From Escherichia coli (lineage in GTDB: Bacteria; Pseudomonadota; Gammaproteobacteria; Enterobacterales; Enterobacteriaceae), in assembly GCF_003334335.1 (NCBI RefSeq), contig NZ_QOWQ01000025.1: a stretch of DNA of 64,000 nucleotides; one strand, 5' to 3'. Both the position numbers and the translations under genes were made by a program. A model generated the notes under the pieces. That model was not told the DNA's origin and searched no databases. It was given only the letters and a program-made list of their open reading frames with translations. Shown one piece after another: positions 31,562 to 40,195 of the stretch (position 1 is the first letter of the stretch; the number at the start of each line of letters is the position of its first letter).

Positions 31562-32059
31562 TTAAGCCGGTACGCCGCCAGCGGTACGCCAGACTGTGAC
31601 CAGTTTTTCCAGTGAATGCTCACGCTGACCGTAACCGGCACCCGGCAGGGACGCCCAGATATTGCGACAGCGTGAAATGGCGCGCTCAATGCGCCCCGCC
31701 CGGATGTCATCCAGTGCACCGCGTTCGCGGATCAACTGAATGGCAAGTCTGTCCTGTGACAACGGACTGAAATCCGGCAGGGCAAGCTGTTTGCGGTAGT
31801 GCGGCCAGAACAGGTAAAGCTGCTGATAGCGACCGGAAGCCGTGGACTTTTCACCGCGACGGTTAAATACCTTCGCCGGTCGGCCATGCGCGAACGGGTG
31901 GTCACTGTAGTCGGTGAAAATTTCCGGCTTCCCGTCCAGTCCGGTGACTATCACGTCATAGCCCCGGTTTTTCGTCAGCGGATGATTCGCCGTCCCTTCG
32001 GACACGGCCAGCATGTCGAGAAAGGCGGCGATATTCTGATGCGTGTTAATTACCGGCAT
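31562..32059 (-). CDS. K: Endolysin gpK (165 aa)
   Basis: Position and length match the P2 K lysozyme. Confidence 0.9.
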   Translation of the reverse strand: MPVINTHQNIAAFLDMLAVSEGTANHPLTKNRGYDVIVTGLDGKPEIFTDYSDHPFAHGRPAKVFNRRGEKSTASGRYQQLYLFWPHYRKQLALPDFSPLSQDRLAIQLIRERGALDDIRAGRIERAISRCRNIWASLPGAGYGQREHSLEKLVTVWRTAGGVPA

Positions 32060-32340
32060 TACTGTTTCCCCCTGCCCTTAAAGCGGCGCTGAATGGCAAT
32101 CTCAATCACCTGATAACCGGCGATACCCAGCATGGAGCCAATGCCGCACACCGCAGGCAGTGACAGGTCAGGAAACTGCACCAGAACAACACCGGCAACC
32201 ATTGAGACAAAACCACCGAGCAACATGCGCCCGATAAACAGACGCGGGGTGATGGGTTCACCACCGGCAAGCACCTTGCCGACAACAATCAGCACCCCAA
32301 TCATGAAAAGCGACAGGACGCTTTTTTCTTCTGCTGTCAT
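32059..32340 (-). CDS. Y: Holin gpY (93 aa)
   Basis: Small protein with TM helices at the P2 Y position. Confidence 0.88.
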   Translation of the reverse strand: MTAEEKSVLSLFMIGVLIVVGKVLAGGEPITPRLFIGRMLLGGFVSMVAGVVLVQFPDLSLPAVCGIGSMLGIAGYQVIEIAIQRRFKGRGKQ

Positions 32341-32343
32341 GCG

Positions 32344-32547
32344 TTACTCCCACAGATTGACAGTTTCAGCCACGGGCGCGGTCTGAACGTCGGGCAGTTC
32401 GACGGCGGTGCCGTGTGGCAGCACCGCACCCAGTTCAGCCAGTCCCGGATTTGCGGCGAGCACGGTCTCAACCACGCCCTCAGAGCGCCCGTAATACCGG
32501 ACACAAATGGCGTCGAGCGTGTCGCCCTGTAGCGCAAAGGTCTTCAT
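32344..32547 (-). CDS. X: Tail protein gpX (67 aa, LysM-like)
   Basis: ORF 32344..32616 trimmed to MKTFALQGDTLD..., giving the P2 X length. Confidence 0.8.
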   Translation of the reverse strand: MKTFALQGDTLDAICVRYYGRSEGVVETVLAANPGLAELGAVLPHGTAVELPDVQTAPVAETVNLWE

Positions 32548-33056
32548 CAGATTTGACTCACGATGCAGCGCGGCTTGTCCTGGATGCGCGCCACTGCCCA
32601 GCGCATATCCCGCCACAGCTCATCAATGGTGCTGTCAATGCTGTCGGCCTTCTTGTCTCCTTTCGCACTGGCATCCACGCCGCGGTAACGCTCATAAAGC
32701 GACGCGGTCGCCATCGCACACACGGCGCGCTCGTAGTAAAAAACTTTGATACTTTCACCGTCGATGTCGTCCGCCGGAACGTCCGCCAGACGCGTAAAAC
32801 CGGCGGCAATTTTCTGTTCGCGGTACTCGTACAGCTCCGCATTTGTTTCCGCCATGCCTGACTTGATGGCCTCACGCAGACGGGCGGGGGCGACGGTCTG
32901 CTCAAGGCGCATACGTTCCCGGACGCGCTTCGGGTCGATATCGGGAAAAAAGAACGTGTTTTTAATCACCGGCTCGTCGCCTGCCGGTTGCGGGATGACC
33001 ACCGTACCCTCACCGGACACGGGAGCCTCCTTTCGCGGAATAATCAGCGTCATCAT
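32547..33056 (-). CDS. L: Capsid completion protein gpL (169 aa)
   Basis: ORF trimmed to MMTLIIPRKEAPVSG..., giving the P2 L length. Confidence 0.85.
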   Translation of the reverse strand: MMTLIIPRKEAPVSGEGTVVIPQPAGDEPVIKNTFFFPDIDPKRVRERMRLEQTVAPARLREAIKSGMAETNAELYEYREQKIAAGFTRLADVPADDIDGESIKVFYYERAVCAMATASLYERYRGVDASAKGDKKADSIDSTIDELWRDMRWAVARIQDKPRCIVSQI

Positions 33057-33155
33057 GACTACCTCTGAAAAGTCGGGCGGTGGACGCCGGTACAGCGTCA
33101 GGTGATTCACCCTCACTGACCGGCGTGCCGCCCTGGCGCGGGGCGCATTCGGTTG

Positions 33156-33899
33156 TTAACTGGCTTTCTTTTTCGGGCGTCCACGTTTTGCCGGTGTCAC
33201 GCTCCGGGTCTTACGCGGGGCGCGGGTGGCCGCTTTGGGCTGCGGCTCCGGCTTCGGTTTCAGCTCCCGCTCCAGTCGTTCAATCTCTTTTTTGACGCCT
33301 GCCTGACAGTCGAGCTGTGTCGCACGTTGCAGGTGAGCCAGCGCACCGGCGGCATCACCAGCGTCACGCAGAAACAGACCGGTGATTTTGTGCAGCTTTG
33401 CGCGCACTTCATCAGGCATGTCAGCCGTGGCGGTCAGTTCAATGGTCTCCGTCAGCAGGCGGGTATCCACAGACTCACCGGCAGCGTGAGCACGCATGGC
33501 CGCGAGCGCCACCTCCTCGGTGAACATGTACGGCGGGGGGCGGCGGTGTTTACCCGGCATGGTCAGACCGTACTTCAGGGCATAACGGGCAATCTCCAGC
33601 GCACCGGCAATATCGCCGGTATCCAGACGCCACAGCATGACCGTCATCAGAATGTCATCCTGTGCACCTTTGCCCTGCTCCAGCACGCCGTTCACCCACG
33701 GCAACCAGAACGGCAGCAGTTCGCGTTTTTTCGCGGCCTTCAGCTCTTTTGAATAAATCGCTTTCAGTGTGCGCTGGTCTGCGGCCAGCTTGACCAGCAT
33801 CTGCTCATAGACAGTTGCATGTCGCAGCGGGGCGGCTTCCCGCTGCGCGGTCATCGCTGCCGAGACCCGCATCATGTGGCGCTGTGCGGGACTCGTCAT
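33156..33899 (-). CDS. M: Terminase small (endonuclease) subunit gpM (247 aa)
   Basis: Position and length match P2 M. Confidence 0.9.
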   Translation of the reverse strand: MTSPAQRHMMRVSAAMTAQREAAPLRHATVYEQMLVKLAADQRTLKAIYSKELKAAKKRELLPFWLPWVNGVLEQGKGAQDDILMTVMLWRLDTGDIAGALEIARYALKYGLTMPGKHRRPPPYMFTEEVALAAMRAHAAGESVDTRLLTETIELTATADMPDEVRAKLHKITGLFLRDAGDAAGALAHLQRATQLDCQAGVKKEIERLERELKPKPEPQPKAATRAPRKTRSVTPAKRGRPKKKAS

Positions 33900-33902
33900 C
33901 GG

Positions 33903-34976
33903 TCACGCTCCCGGCTCTGCGGTCGCCTTAGCCGGTGTGGAGAAATCACCGACCTTAATTTTTTCCACCAGACAACCGGCGGCGTAGTCTTCCACCACGT
34001 AATCAATGTTCATTGACTCGTAGTTCTCCACGCGGTCGAGTTTCGGGTTTTCCACAATCACGCGGCGATGGCTGTCATCCATGTAGTAGATGGACAGGTT
34101 TTCCAGCTTCGTGATGAGCATCGCATCCGCCGGAAAGTACGGGACGCGTACCGCCGGCAGGTTACCGATGCGTTTCTGGCTGATGATAACGTCAGCGGCC
34201 AGCATTTCGCTGCTGTCCTGCTCCTTGTTGACGATGGGGAAATACTTGTCCGCCAGTAGCTGACGTCCCACAATCACCACAAGGTCAGGGTCTTCCTGAT
34301 ACCACGGCTCAATCAGGTTGTTGGTCGCATCCATCACCAGTGCATCGAGGCTGGCATAATCACCGCCCTTACCCACGCGGATGACCTCAGAGGTTGTGTG
34401 ACCTTCCTCGTCAGTAACCTTGCTCATCACGCGCGCCGGGGCTTCATTGCGGTATTTCTGCAGCCAGCCGACCGCCACATCCTGCAGCATCGGATTGCTG
34501 CTGCGGTCAGAGGTTTCGGCACGCTTCACACCGTTAAAACCGGCCATGATGAAATCAAGGGACTGGCGTTTGATAATGGCGTTACGGACACGGAGCTGGA
34601 AATCCTGATAACGCGCCCACAGGTCAAGCGTTTTGTAGCGGATATAAAAATCGAAGTTAATCTGGTCGCATTCGTACTTGTTTGACGCCAGCTTCGAGAA
34701 GTCCTTCGGCTGACGCTCGGTGCCACCGGCGGTGTCGGTGGTGCTGGCGATGGAGCCGGTGACACCGATACCAATTTTTTCCCCTTTCATTTCGCTGACC
34801 GGCACAATGTTGATGCGGGTCAGAAAGTCAGAGGACTCCTGCATGGTGTTCATCAGGGTCTGGGTGACCGACGGTTCAACGGTGAATTTTTTCGACACAT
34901 CACCGGCGTCGATGCCGTTCAGTTCGGCAACACGGGACAGGTAGGCATTAAATTTAAAGCGGGTTTCCTGGCGCAT
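33903..34976 (-). CDS. N: Major capsid protein gpN (357 aa)
   Basis: Position and length match P2 N. Confidence 0.92.
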   Translation of the reverse strand: MRQETRFKFNAYLSRVAELNGIDAGDVSKKFTVEPSVTQTLMNTMQESSDFLTRINIVPVSEMKGEKIGIGVTGSIASTTDTAGGTERQPKDFSKLASNKYECDQINFDFYIRYKTLDLWARYQDFQLRVRNAIIKRQSLDFIMAGFNGVKRAETSDRSSNPMLQDVAVGWLQKYRNEAPARVMSKVTDEEGHTTSEVIRVGKGGDYASLDALVMDATNNLIEPWYQEDPDLVVIVGRQLLADKYFPIVNKEQDSSEMLAADVIISQKRIGNLPAVRVPYFPADAMLITKLENLSIYYMDDSHRRVIVENPKLDRVENYESMNIDYVVEDYAAGCLVEKIKVGDFSTPAKATAEPGA

Positions 34977-35034
34977 AGTTTTTCCTGAAATTAAGGGTTA
35001 ATCGTGAAGGTTTTCCCGGACTGACTGACGCCGG

Positions 35035-35889
35035 TCAGCAGTTCGTCATCAGGGCGTCACCGCCACCACCGGTGGCCTTGCTGCGGCGCTGCTGGGTCAG
35101 ACTTTCGGTGTGGTCGAGACTGTTTTTCAGGCGGGTGAATGCCTGGCTGGTTTCATCCGCCCTGTCAGTCACCTCCTGCTTAAGTGCGGAAAAGGCGGTT
35201 TCCATCTCAGCGAGGCGCTGCTCAGTGGCGCTCAGTTTTTCCTGCACATGTTCAGCGACAGCGGTCACCGCTTCATGCACATCATTCAGACGGGCGTCAT
35301 CGCTCGCCTGTTTGCGGCCAAAAATGGATTTCACCTTTTCGGTCAGGGCGGTGAACACGGTTTCAGGCAGGTCTTCAAATTCCAGCTCAACAGGCGTTGC
35401 CACTGAAATCAGGTTTTCAGGGCTTAATTTGAAGCGGTTCAGAGGGTTATGTTTTGCCGTGCGGCAGAATTCCAGGTATTCCGTGCCGAGGCTTGCCGGG
35501 TCATCTGTGACAGCCAGCCCCACCAGATAACATTTGCCGGTGTTGGCAAAGTTCGGCTGAATTTCCATTGAGGTGTAGACCTTCTGCGCGGCCTTGTTCA
35601 TCGCGATAAGGTCATCGGTCGGGGTGATTTTCGCAAACAGCGCCCATTTGCCTTTCAGCGCCGAATCATCGTCAATCTTTTCGGCCTTCAGTTCGGCCAC
35701 ATCGCCATAACGCTTAAAAATACCGTCAGGCAGGATGCCGCGCAGATGTTCCAGGTTAATGCGGCAACCATAGACTCGCGGGTCAAAGGTTTCGGCCATT
35801 TCCTGAATATCCTGCGCACTGATGACACGCCCGTCACAGGTGTCACCCTCAACGCCGATACGAAAGAATTTTGAGACTTTTTTTGCCAT
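35035..35889 (-). CDS. O: Capsid scaffolding protein/protease gpO (284 aa)
   Basis: ORF trimmed to MAKKVSKFFRIGV..., giving the P2 O length. Confidence 0.9.
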   Translation of the reverse strand: MAKKVSKFFRIGVEGDTCDGRVISAQDIQEMAETFDPRVYGCRINLEHLRGILPDGIFKRYGDVAELKAEKIDDDSALKGKWALFAKITPTDDLIAMNKAAQKVYTSMEIQPNFANTGKCYLVGLAVTDDPASLGTEYLEFCRTAKHNPLNRFKLSPENLISVATPVELEFEDLPETVFTALTEKVKSIFGRKQASDDARLNDVHEAVTAVAEHVQEKLSATEQRLAEMETAFSALKQEVTDRADETSQAFTRLKNSLDHTESLTQQRRSKATGGGGDALMTNC

Positions 35890-36062
35890 TGTCAGGAGTC
35901 CTGAATAGTGATTAGAGGAGTCACATGTCGGCATCAGTTTCCCGACGATGCGCATCCTCCGCCATCAGTCCCGGATGGCTTATCACTGACACAACAGCAC
36001 CTTAGCGAATCGCGGGGCGCGACTCAGTAGCCTTGCCGTGTATTCATCACGGCGAGGTATTC
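35890..36062. promoter_or_regulatory. Divergent late promoter region (P_O / P_P) of the P2-like capsid and terminase operons
   Basis: Intergenic region between divergently transcribed O and P, as in P2 where Ogr-dependent promoters sit here. No individual element confidently assigned. Confidence 0.45.
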
Positions 36063-37835
36063 ATGACCATCACCACAGACACCACTCTTTTACACGACCC
36101 GCGTCGTCAGGCGGCGCTGCTGTACTGGCAGGGGTTTTCCGTGCCGCAGATTGCCGCCATGTTGCAGATGAAACGCCCGACGGTGCAGAGCTGGAAACAG
36201 CGCGACGGCTGGGACAGCGTTGCCCCCATCAGCCGTGTCGAAATGAGTCTGGAAGCGCGACTGACCCAGCTCATCATCAAACCGCAGAAAACCGGCGGTG
36301 ACTTCAAGGAAATTGACCTGCTGGGACGCCAGATTGAACGACTGGCGCGGGTCAACCGCTACAGTCAGACCGGCAACGAGGCAGACCTTAATCCGAACGT
36401 CGCTAACCGCAACAAAGGCGGGCGTCGCAAACCGAAAAAGAATTTTTTCAGTGACGAAGCCATCGAAAAGCTGGAGCAGATTTTCTTTGAGCAGTCTTTC
36501 GACTATCAGTTGCACTGGTATCGCGCCGGGCTTGAGCACCGCATCCGCGATATCCTGAAATCCCGCCAGATTGGCGCAACGTTTTATTTTTCCCGCGAGG
36601 CGCTGCTGCGCGCCCTGAAAACCGGCCATAACCAGATTTTTCTGTCGGCCAGTAAAACGCAGGCGTATGTGTTCCGCGAATACATCATCGCCTTTGCCCG
36701 TCTGGTTGACGTTGACCTGACCGGTGACCCGATTGTCCTGGGCAATAACGGCGCAAAACTAATTTTTCTCGGCACCAACTCCAACACCGCACAGAGCCAT
36801 AACGGCGACCTGTACGTCGACGAGATTTTCTGGATCCCGAATTTTCAGGTACTGCGTAAGGTGGCATCAGGTATGGCCTCACAGAGTCACCTGCGTTCGA
36901 CCTATTTCTCCACCCCGTCCACGCTGGCGCACGACGCCTACCCGTTCTGGTCAGGTGAACTGTTCAACCGGGGACGCGCCAGCGCCGCCGAACGCGTGGA
37001 AATCGACGTCAGTCATAACGCCCTTGCCGGTGGGCTTCTCTGTGCGGACGGCCAGTGGCGGCAGATTGTCACCATTGAGGACGCCCTGAAAGGTGGCTGC
37101 ACGCTGTTCGACATTGAGCAGCTCAAACGTGAAAACAGCGCCGACGATTTTAAAAACCTGTTCATGTGTGAATTTGTTGACGACAAGGCGTCGGTGTTCC
37201 CGTTCGAGGAGCTGCAACGCTGCATGGTCGACACGCTGGAAGAATGGGAAGACTATGCGCCGTTTGCCGCGAATCCGTTCGGCTCCCGCCCGGTATGGAT
37301 TGGTTACGACCCGTCACACCGTGGCGACAGCGCCGGATGCGTGGTACTGGCACCGCCGGTGGTGGCCGGTGGCAAATTCAGAATACTTGAGCGCCACCAG
37401 TGGAAAGGCATGGACTTTGCCACCCAGGCGGAATCCATCCGCAAACTCACCGAAAAATACAACGTCGAATACATCGGTATTGATGCCACCGGCCTTGGTG
37501 TCGGCGTGTTCCAGCTCGTGCGCTCGTTCTATCCCGCCGCGCGCGACATCCGCTACACGCCGGAAATGAAAACCGCAATGGTGCTCAAGGCAAAAGACGT
37601 CATCCGCCGTGGCTGTCTGGAATATGACGTCAGCGCCACCGACATCACCAGCTCGTTTATGGCTATCCGCAAGACCATGACCAGCAGCGGACGCAGTGCC
37701 ACCTATGAGGCCAGCCGCAGCGAGGAAGCCAGCCACGCCGACCTCGCCTGGGCGACCATGCACGCCCTGTTAAATGAGCCACTCACCGCCGGTATCAGCA
37801 CCCCGCTGACATCCACCATTCTGGAGTTTTACTGA
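36063..37835 (+). CDS. P: Terminase large (ATPase) subunit gpP (590 aa)
   Basis: ORF trimmed to the ATG at 36063 (MTITTDTTLL...), giving the P2 P length. Confidence 0.92.
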   Translation: MTITTDTTLLHDPRRQAALLYWQGFSVPQIAAMLQMKRPTVQSWKQRDGWDSVAPISRVEMSLEARLTQLIIKPQKTGGDFKEIDLLGRQIERLARVNRYSQTGNEADLNPNVANRNKGGRRKPKKNFFSDEAIEKLEQIFFEQSFDYQLHWYRAGLEHRIRDILKSRQIGATFYFSREALLRALKTGHNQIFLSASKTQAYVFREYIIAFARLVDVDLTGDPIVLGNNGAKLIFLGTNSNTAQSHNGDLYVDEIFWIPNFQVLRKVASGMASQSHLRSTYFSTPSTLAHDAYPFWSGELFNRGRASAAERVEIDVSHNALAGGLLCADGQWRQIVTIEDALKGGCTLFDIEQLKRENSADDFKNLFMCEFVDDKASVFPFEELQRCMVDTLEEWEDYAPFAANPFGSRPVWIGYDPSHRGDSAGCVVLAPPVVAGGKFRILERHQWKGMDFATQAESIRKLTEKYNVEYIGIDATGLGVGVFQLVRSFYPAARDIRYTPEMKTAMVLKAKDVIRRGCLEYDVSATDITSSFMAIRKTMTSSGRSATYEASRSEEASHADLAWATMHALLNEPLTAGISTPLTSTILEFY

Positions 37836-38869
37836 TGAGCAAGAAAAAAGGGAAAACACCGCAACCTGCGGCAAAAACAATCACCGCCAGCGCCCCGAAA
37901 ATGGAGGCATTCACCTTTGGTGAGCCGGTGCCGGTACTCGACCGCCGTGACATTCTGGATTATGTCGAGTGCATCAGTAACGGCAGATGGTATGAGCCGC
38001 CGGTCAGCTTTACCGGTCTGGCAAAAAGCCTGCGTGCTGCCGTGCATCACAGTTCACCGATTTACGTCAAACGTAATATTCTGGCTTCAACGTTTATCCC
38101 GCACCCGTGGCTGTCCCAGCAGGATTTCAGCCGCTTTGTGCTGGATTTTCTGGTGTTCGGTAATGCGTTTCTGGAAAAGCGTTACAGCACCACCGGTAAG
38201 GTCATCAGACTGGAAACCTCACCAGCAAAATATACCCGTCGTGGCGTGGAAGAGGATGTTTACTGGTGGGTGCCGTCCTTCAACGAGCCGACAGCCTTCG
38301 CGCCCGGCTCCGTGTTTCACCTGCTGGAGCCGGATATTAATCAGGAGCTGTACGGCCTGCCGGAATATCTCAGCGCCCTTAACTCTGCCTGGCTGAATGA
38401 GTCGGCCACGCTGTTCCGCCGCAAGTATTACGAAAATGGCGCACATGCCGGATACATCATGTACGTCACCGATGCCGTGCAGGATCGCAACGATATCGAA
38501 ATGCTTCGCGAAAACATGGTCAAGTCGAAAGGCCGCAACAACTTTAAAAACCTGTTTCTCTATGCCCCACAGGGGAAAGCCGACGGCATTAAAATTATCC
38601 CCCTCAGTGAAGTGGCGACGAAGGACGATTTTTTTAATATCAAAAAAGCCAGCGCCGCTGACCTGCTGGACGCGCACCGCATCCCCTTTCAGTTGATGGG
38701 TGGCAAGCCGGAGAACGTCGGGTCGCTGGGTGATATTGAGAAAGTGGCAAAGGTCTTTGTCCGCAATGAGCTTATCCCGTTACAGGACAGGATCCGCGAG
38801 ATAAACGGCTGGCTCGGTCAGGAGGTCATCCGCTTTAAAAACTACTCACTGGACACTGACAACGACTGA
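37835..38869 (+). CDS. Q: Portal protein gpQ (344 aa)
   Basis: Position and length match P2 Q. Confidence 0.92.
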   Translation: MSKKKGKTPQPAAKTITASAPKMEAFTFGEPVPVLDRRDILDYVECISNGRWYEPPVSFTGLAKSLRAAVHHSSPIYVKRNILASTFIPHPWLSQQDFSRFVLDFLVFGNAFLEKRYSTTGKVIRLETSPAKYTRRGVEEDVYWWVPSFNEPTAFAPGSVFHLLEPDINQELYGLPEYLSALNSAWLNESATLFRRKYYENGAHAGYIMYVTDAVQDRNDIEMLRENMVKSKGRNNFKNLFLYAPQGKADGIKIIPLSEVATKDDFFNIKKASAADLLDAHRIPFQLMGGKPENVGSLGDIEKVAKVFVRNELIPLQDRIREINGWLGQEVIRFKNYSLDTDND

Positions 38870-38873
38870 ACAT

Positions 38874-38896
38874 CGCCGCCTGCGGGCGGCTTTTTT
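38874..38896 (+). terminator. Rho-independent terminator after Q
   Basis: Stem GCCGCC / GGCGGC with loop TGCG, followed by TTTTTT. Confidence 0.7.
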
Positions 38897-39144
38897 ACAC
38901 CCCGTCATCCCCCCTCACACGCTCACCACCGCACAAAACACCCCGCAGACACACAACGCCTCAACGGGCAGACTAAGCGCCGTCACGACGCGCTGAGACG
39001 CTGAAAAAATACAATCAGCACCACCGTCAGCGCGCAGTGCTTTCCCCGCCTCGCCCGCCCGCTTCATGGGTCGGTTTTAATGCAGTTGCATAAACATAGT
39101 ACAAGCGCGCCAGTCAAGCCTAGCGCACATACATAGAGAACGTA

Positions 39145-39181
39145 TTTAAACATGCAAAATGATGCACCCTATAGGTGCATT
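39145..39181 (-). terminator. Candidate terminator downstream of cargo island 3
   Basis: Stem ATGCACC / GGTGCAT with loop ctata, followed on the minus strand by CAUUUUGCAUGUUU. Confidence 0.45.
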
Positions 39182-39192
39182 CATATTAAACA

Positions 39193-40194
39193 TCACCGAG
39201 CCATCTTGACTGCATAATGAACACAAAAATAATGTTCTCCCGCATATCTAAAATGATGTTCAATTTTTCTCAAACCTATATATGGAGTCTCCACTTCTTT
39301 AATCCCAACTATCTCATGAGATTCTACACCAATATCTACCGGAGTAATCTCTTTTAGATAATCAATGTATCTCTCACACCAAGCATCAAATTTTGCACCA
39401 GTATAATAAGCAATTAAAAACAAGCGTTTAACATTAATAGGATTATAGTTACCAATTAGCTTTGAATAATGCTTTAATATGTTAGCTTGATCTAGAGATT
39501 TTAAAATCAATGCTTCTATTATAGCAAATAGATTTCCTTTATCTTCAATAACAAGATCTAATTCACCCGCACTTTTACCAGATTGAGACTCTCCCTCTCT
39601 AGTTTGATCTTTTACCTCATAATTCTTAGCTAATAACATATCCCGTATAAAATCATTAAAATCATCTTCACCATATCCTTTAGCAGAGCGACGCCCCAAT
39701 CTTTGAAGCACCCAAGATAAATCACTATCAAACTTTATAAAATTCAAAGGACGCTGCACTCGACCATCCTTTGATATTAAGCTTATACTATTAAGATTTA
39801 ACAAATTAATCCTTTGCCTGATTAATTCATCAATATATCCAGAGTAACTATTATTATCTAACACTACGATATGCTTATCAAAAGTAGTGGCTGCATTAGC
39901 AACTGCACAAACAACTATATCCTTAATATCCTCAGAACTATTCGGCACTGGTGTACGCAATATCTTGCCTGAAGGAGCTTTAGATAACTCAGACTCCCAC
40001 TTCTTAAAAAACAAAAAAGAATCCTTGTTGTTTCCGCAAGACTTTAAATAACCTAAGCGAATTTTTCCATCAGCATCAAGAATCAACTCATTTTCACCAT
40101 TAACAATGGTTTCAATAAAAAAACCGCTAAAAACTTTAACATCAGAAATATTAGCAGCAACAAATTCAGGACACAAACAAACAGCACAAAGCAT
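39193..40194 (-). CDS. Cargo island 3: 333-aa partner/effector protein of unknown family (possible nuclease)
   Basis: AT-rich ORF whose ATG lies 1 nt after the upstream ATPase stop. Contains a D-x3-E-x-K-like stretch (ELDLVIEDKG); no family confidently recognised. Confidence 0.6.
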   Translation of the reverse strand: MLCAVCLCPEFVAANISDVKVFSGFFIETIVNGENELILDADGKIRLGYLKSCGNNKDSFLFFKKWESELSKAPSGKILRTPVPNSSEDIKDIVVCAVANAATTFDKHIVVLDNNSYSGYIDELIRQRINLLNLNSISLISKDGRVQRPLNFIKFDSDLSWVLQRLGRRSAKGYGEDDFNDFIRDMLLAKNYEVKDQTREGESQSGKSAGELDLVIEDKGNLFAIIEALILKSLDQANILKHYSKLIGNYNPINVKRLFLIAYYTGAKFDAWCERYIDYLKEITPVDIGVESHEIVGIKEVETPYIGLRKIEHHFRYAGEHYFCVHYAVKMAR

Positions 40195-40195
40195 A

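Noticed and set aside
33153-33752. 199-aa ORF antisense to terminase small subunit M
   Set aside because: Inside a conserved P2 gene; no start context.
36035-36053. Inverted repeat GCCGTG-tattcat-CACGGC just upstream of the P start codon, considered as an Ogr site
   Set aside because: It does not fit the TGT-N12-ACA dyad spacing and lies only about 10 bp from the P ATG, too close for a -55 activator site. It may be an mRNA structure; left unassigned.
36090-37763. Antisense ORFs within terminase gene P (36090..36629 -, 37314..37763 -, and smaller ones)
   Set aside because: They overlap the conserved large terminase gene; spurious.
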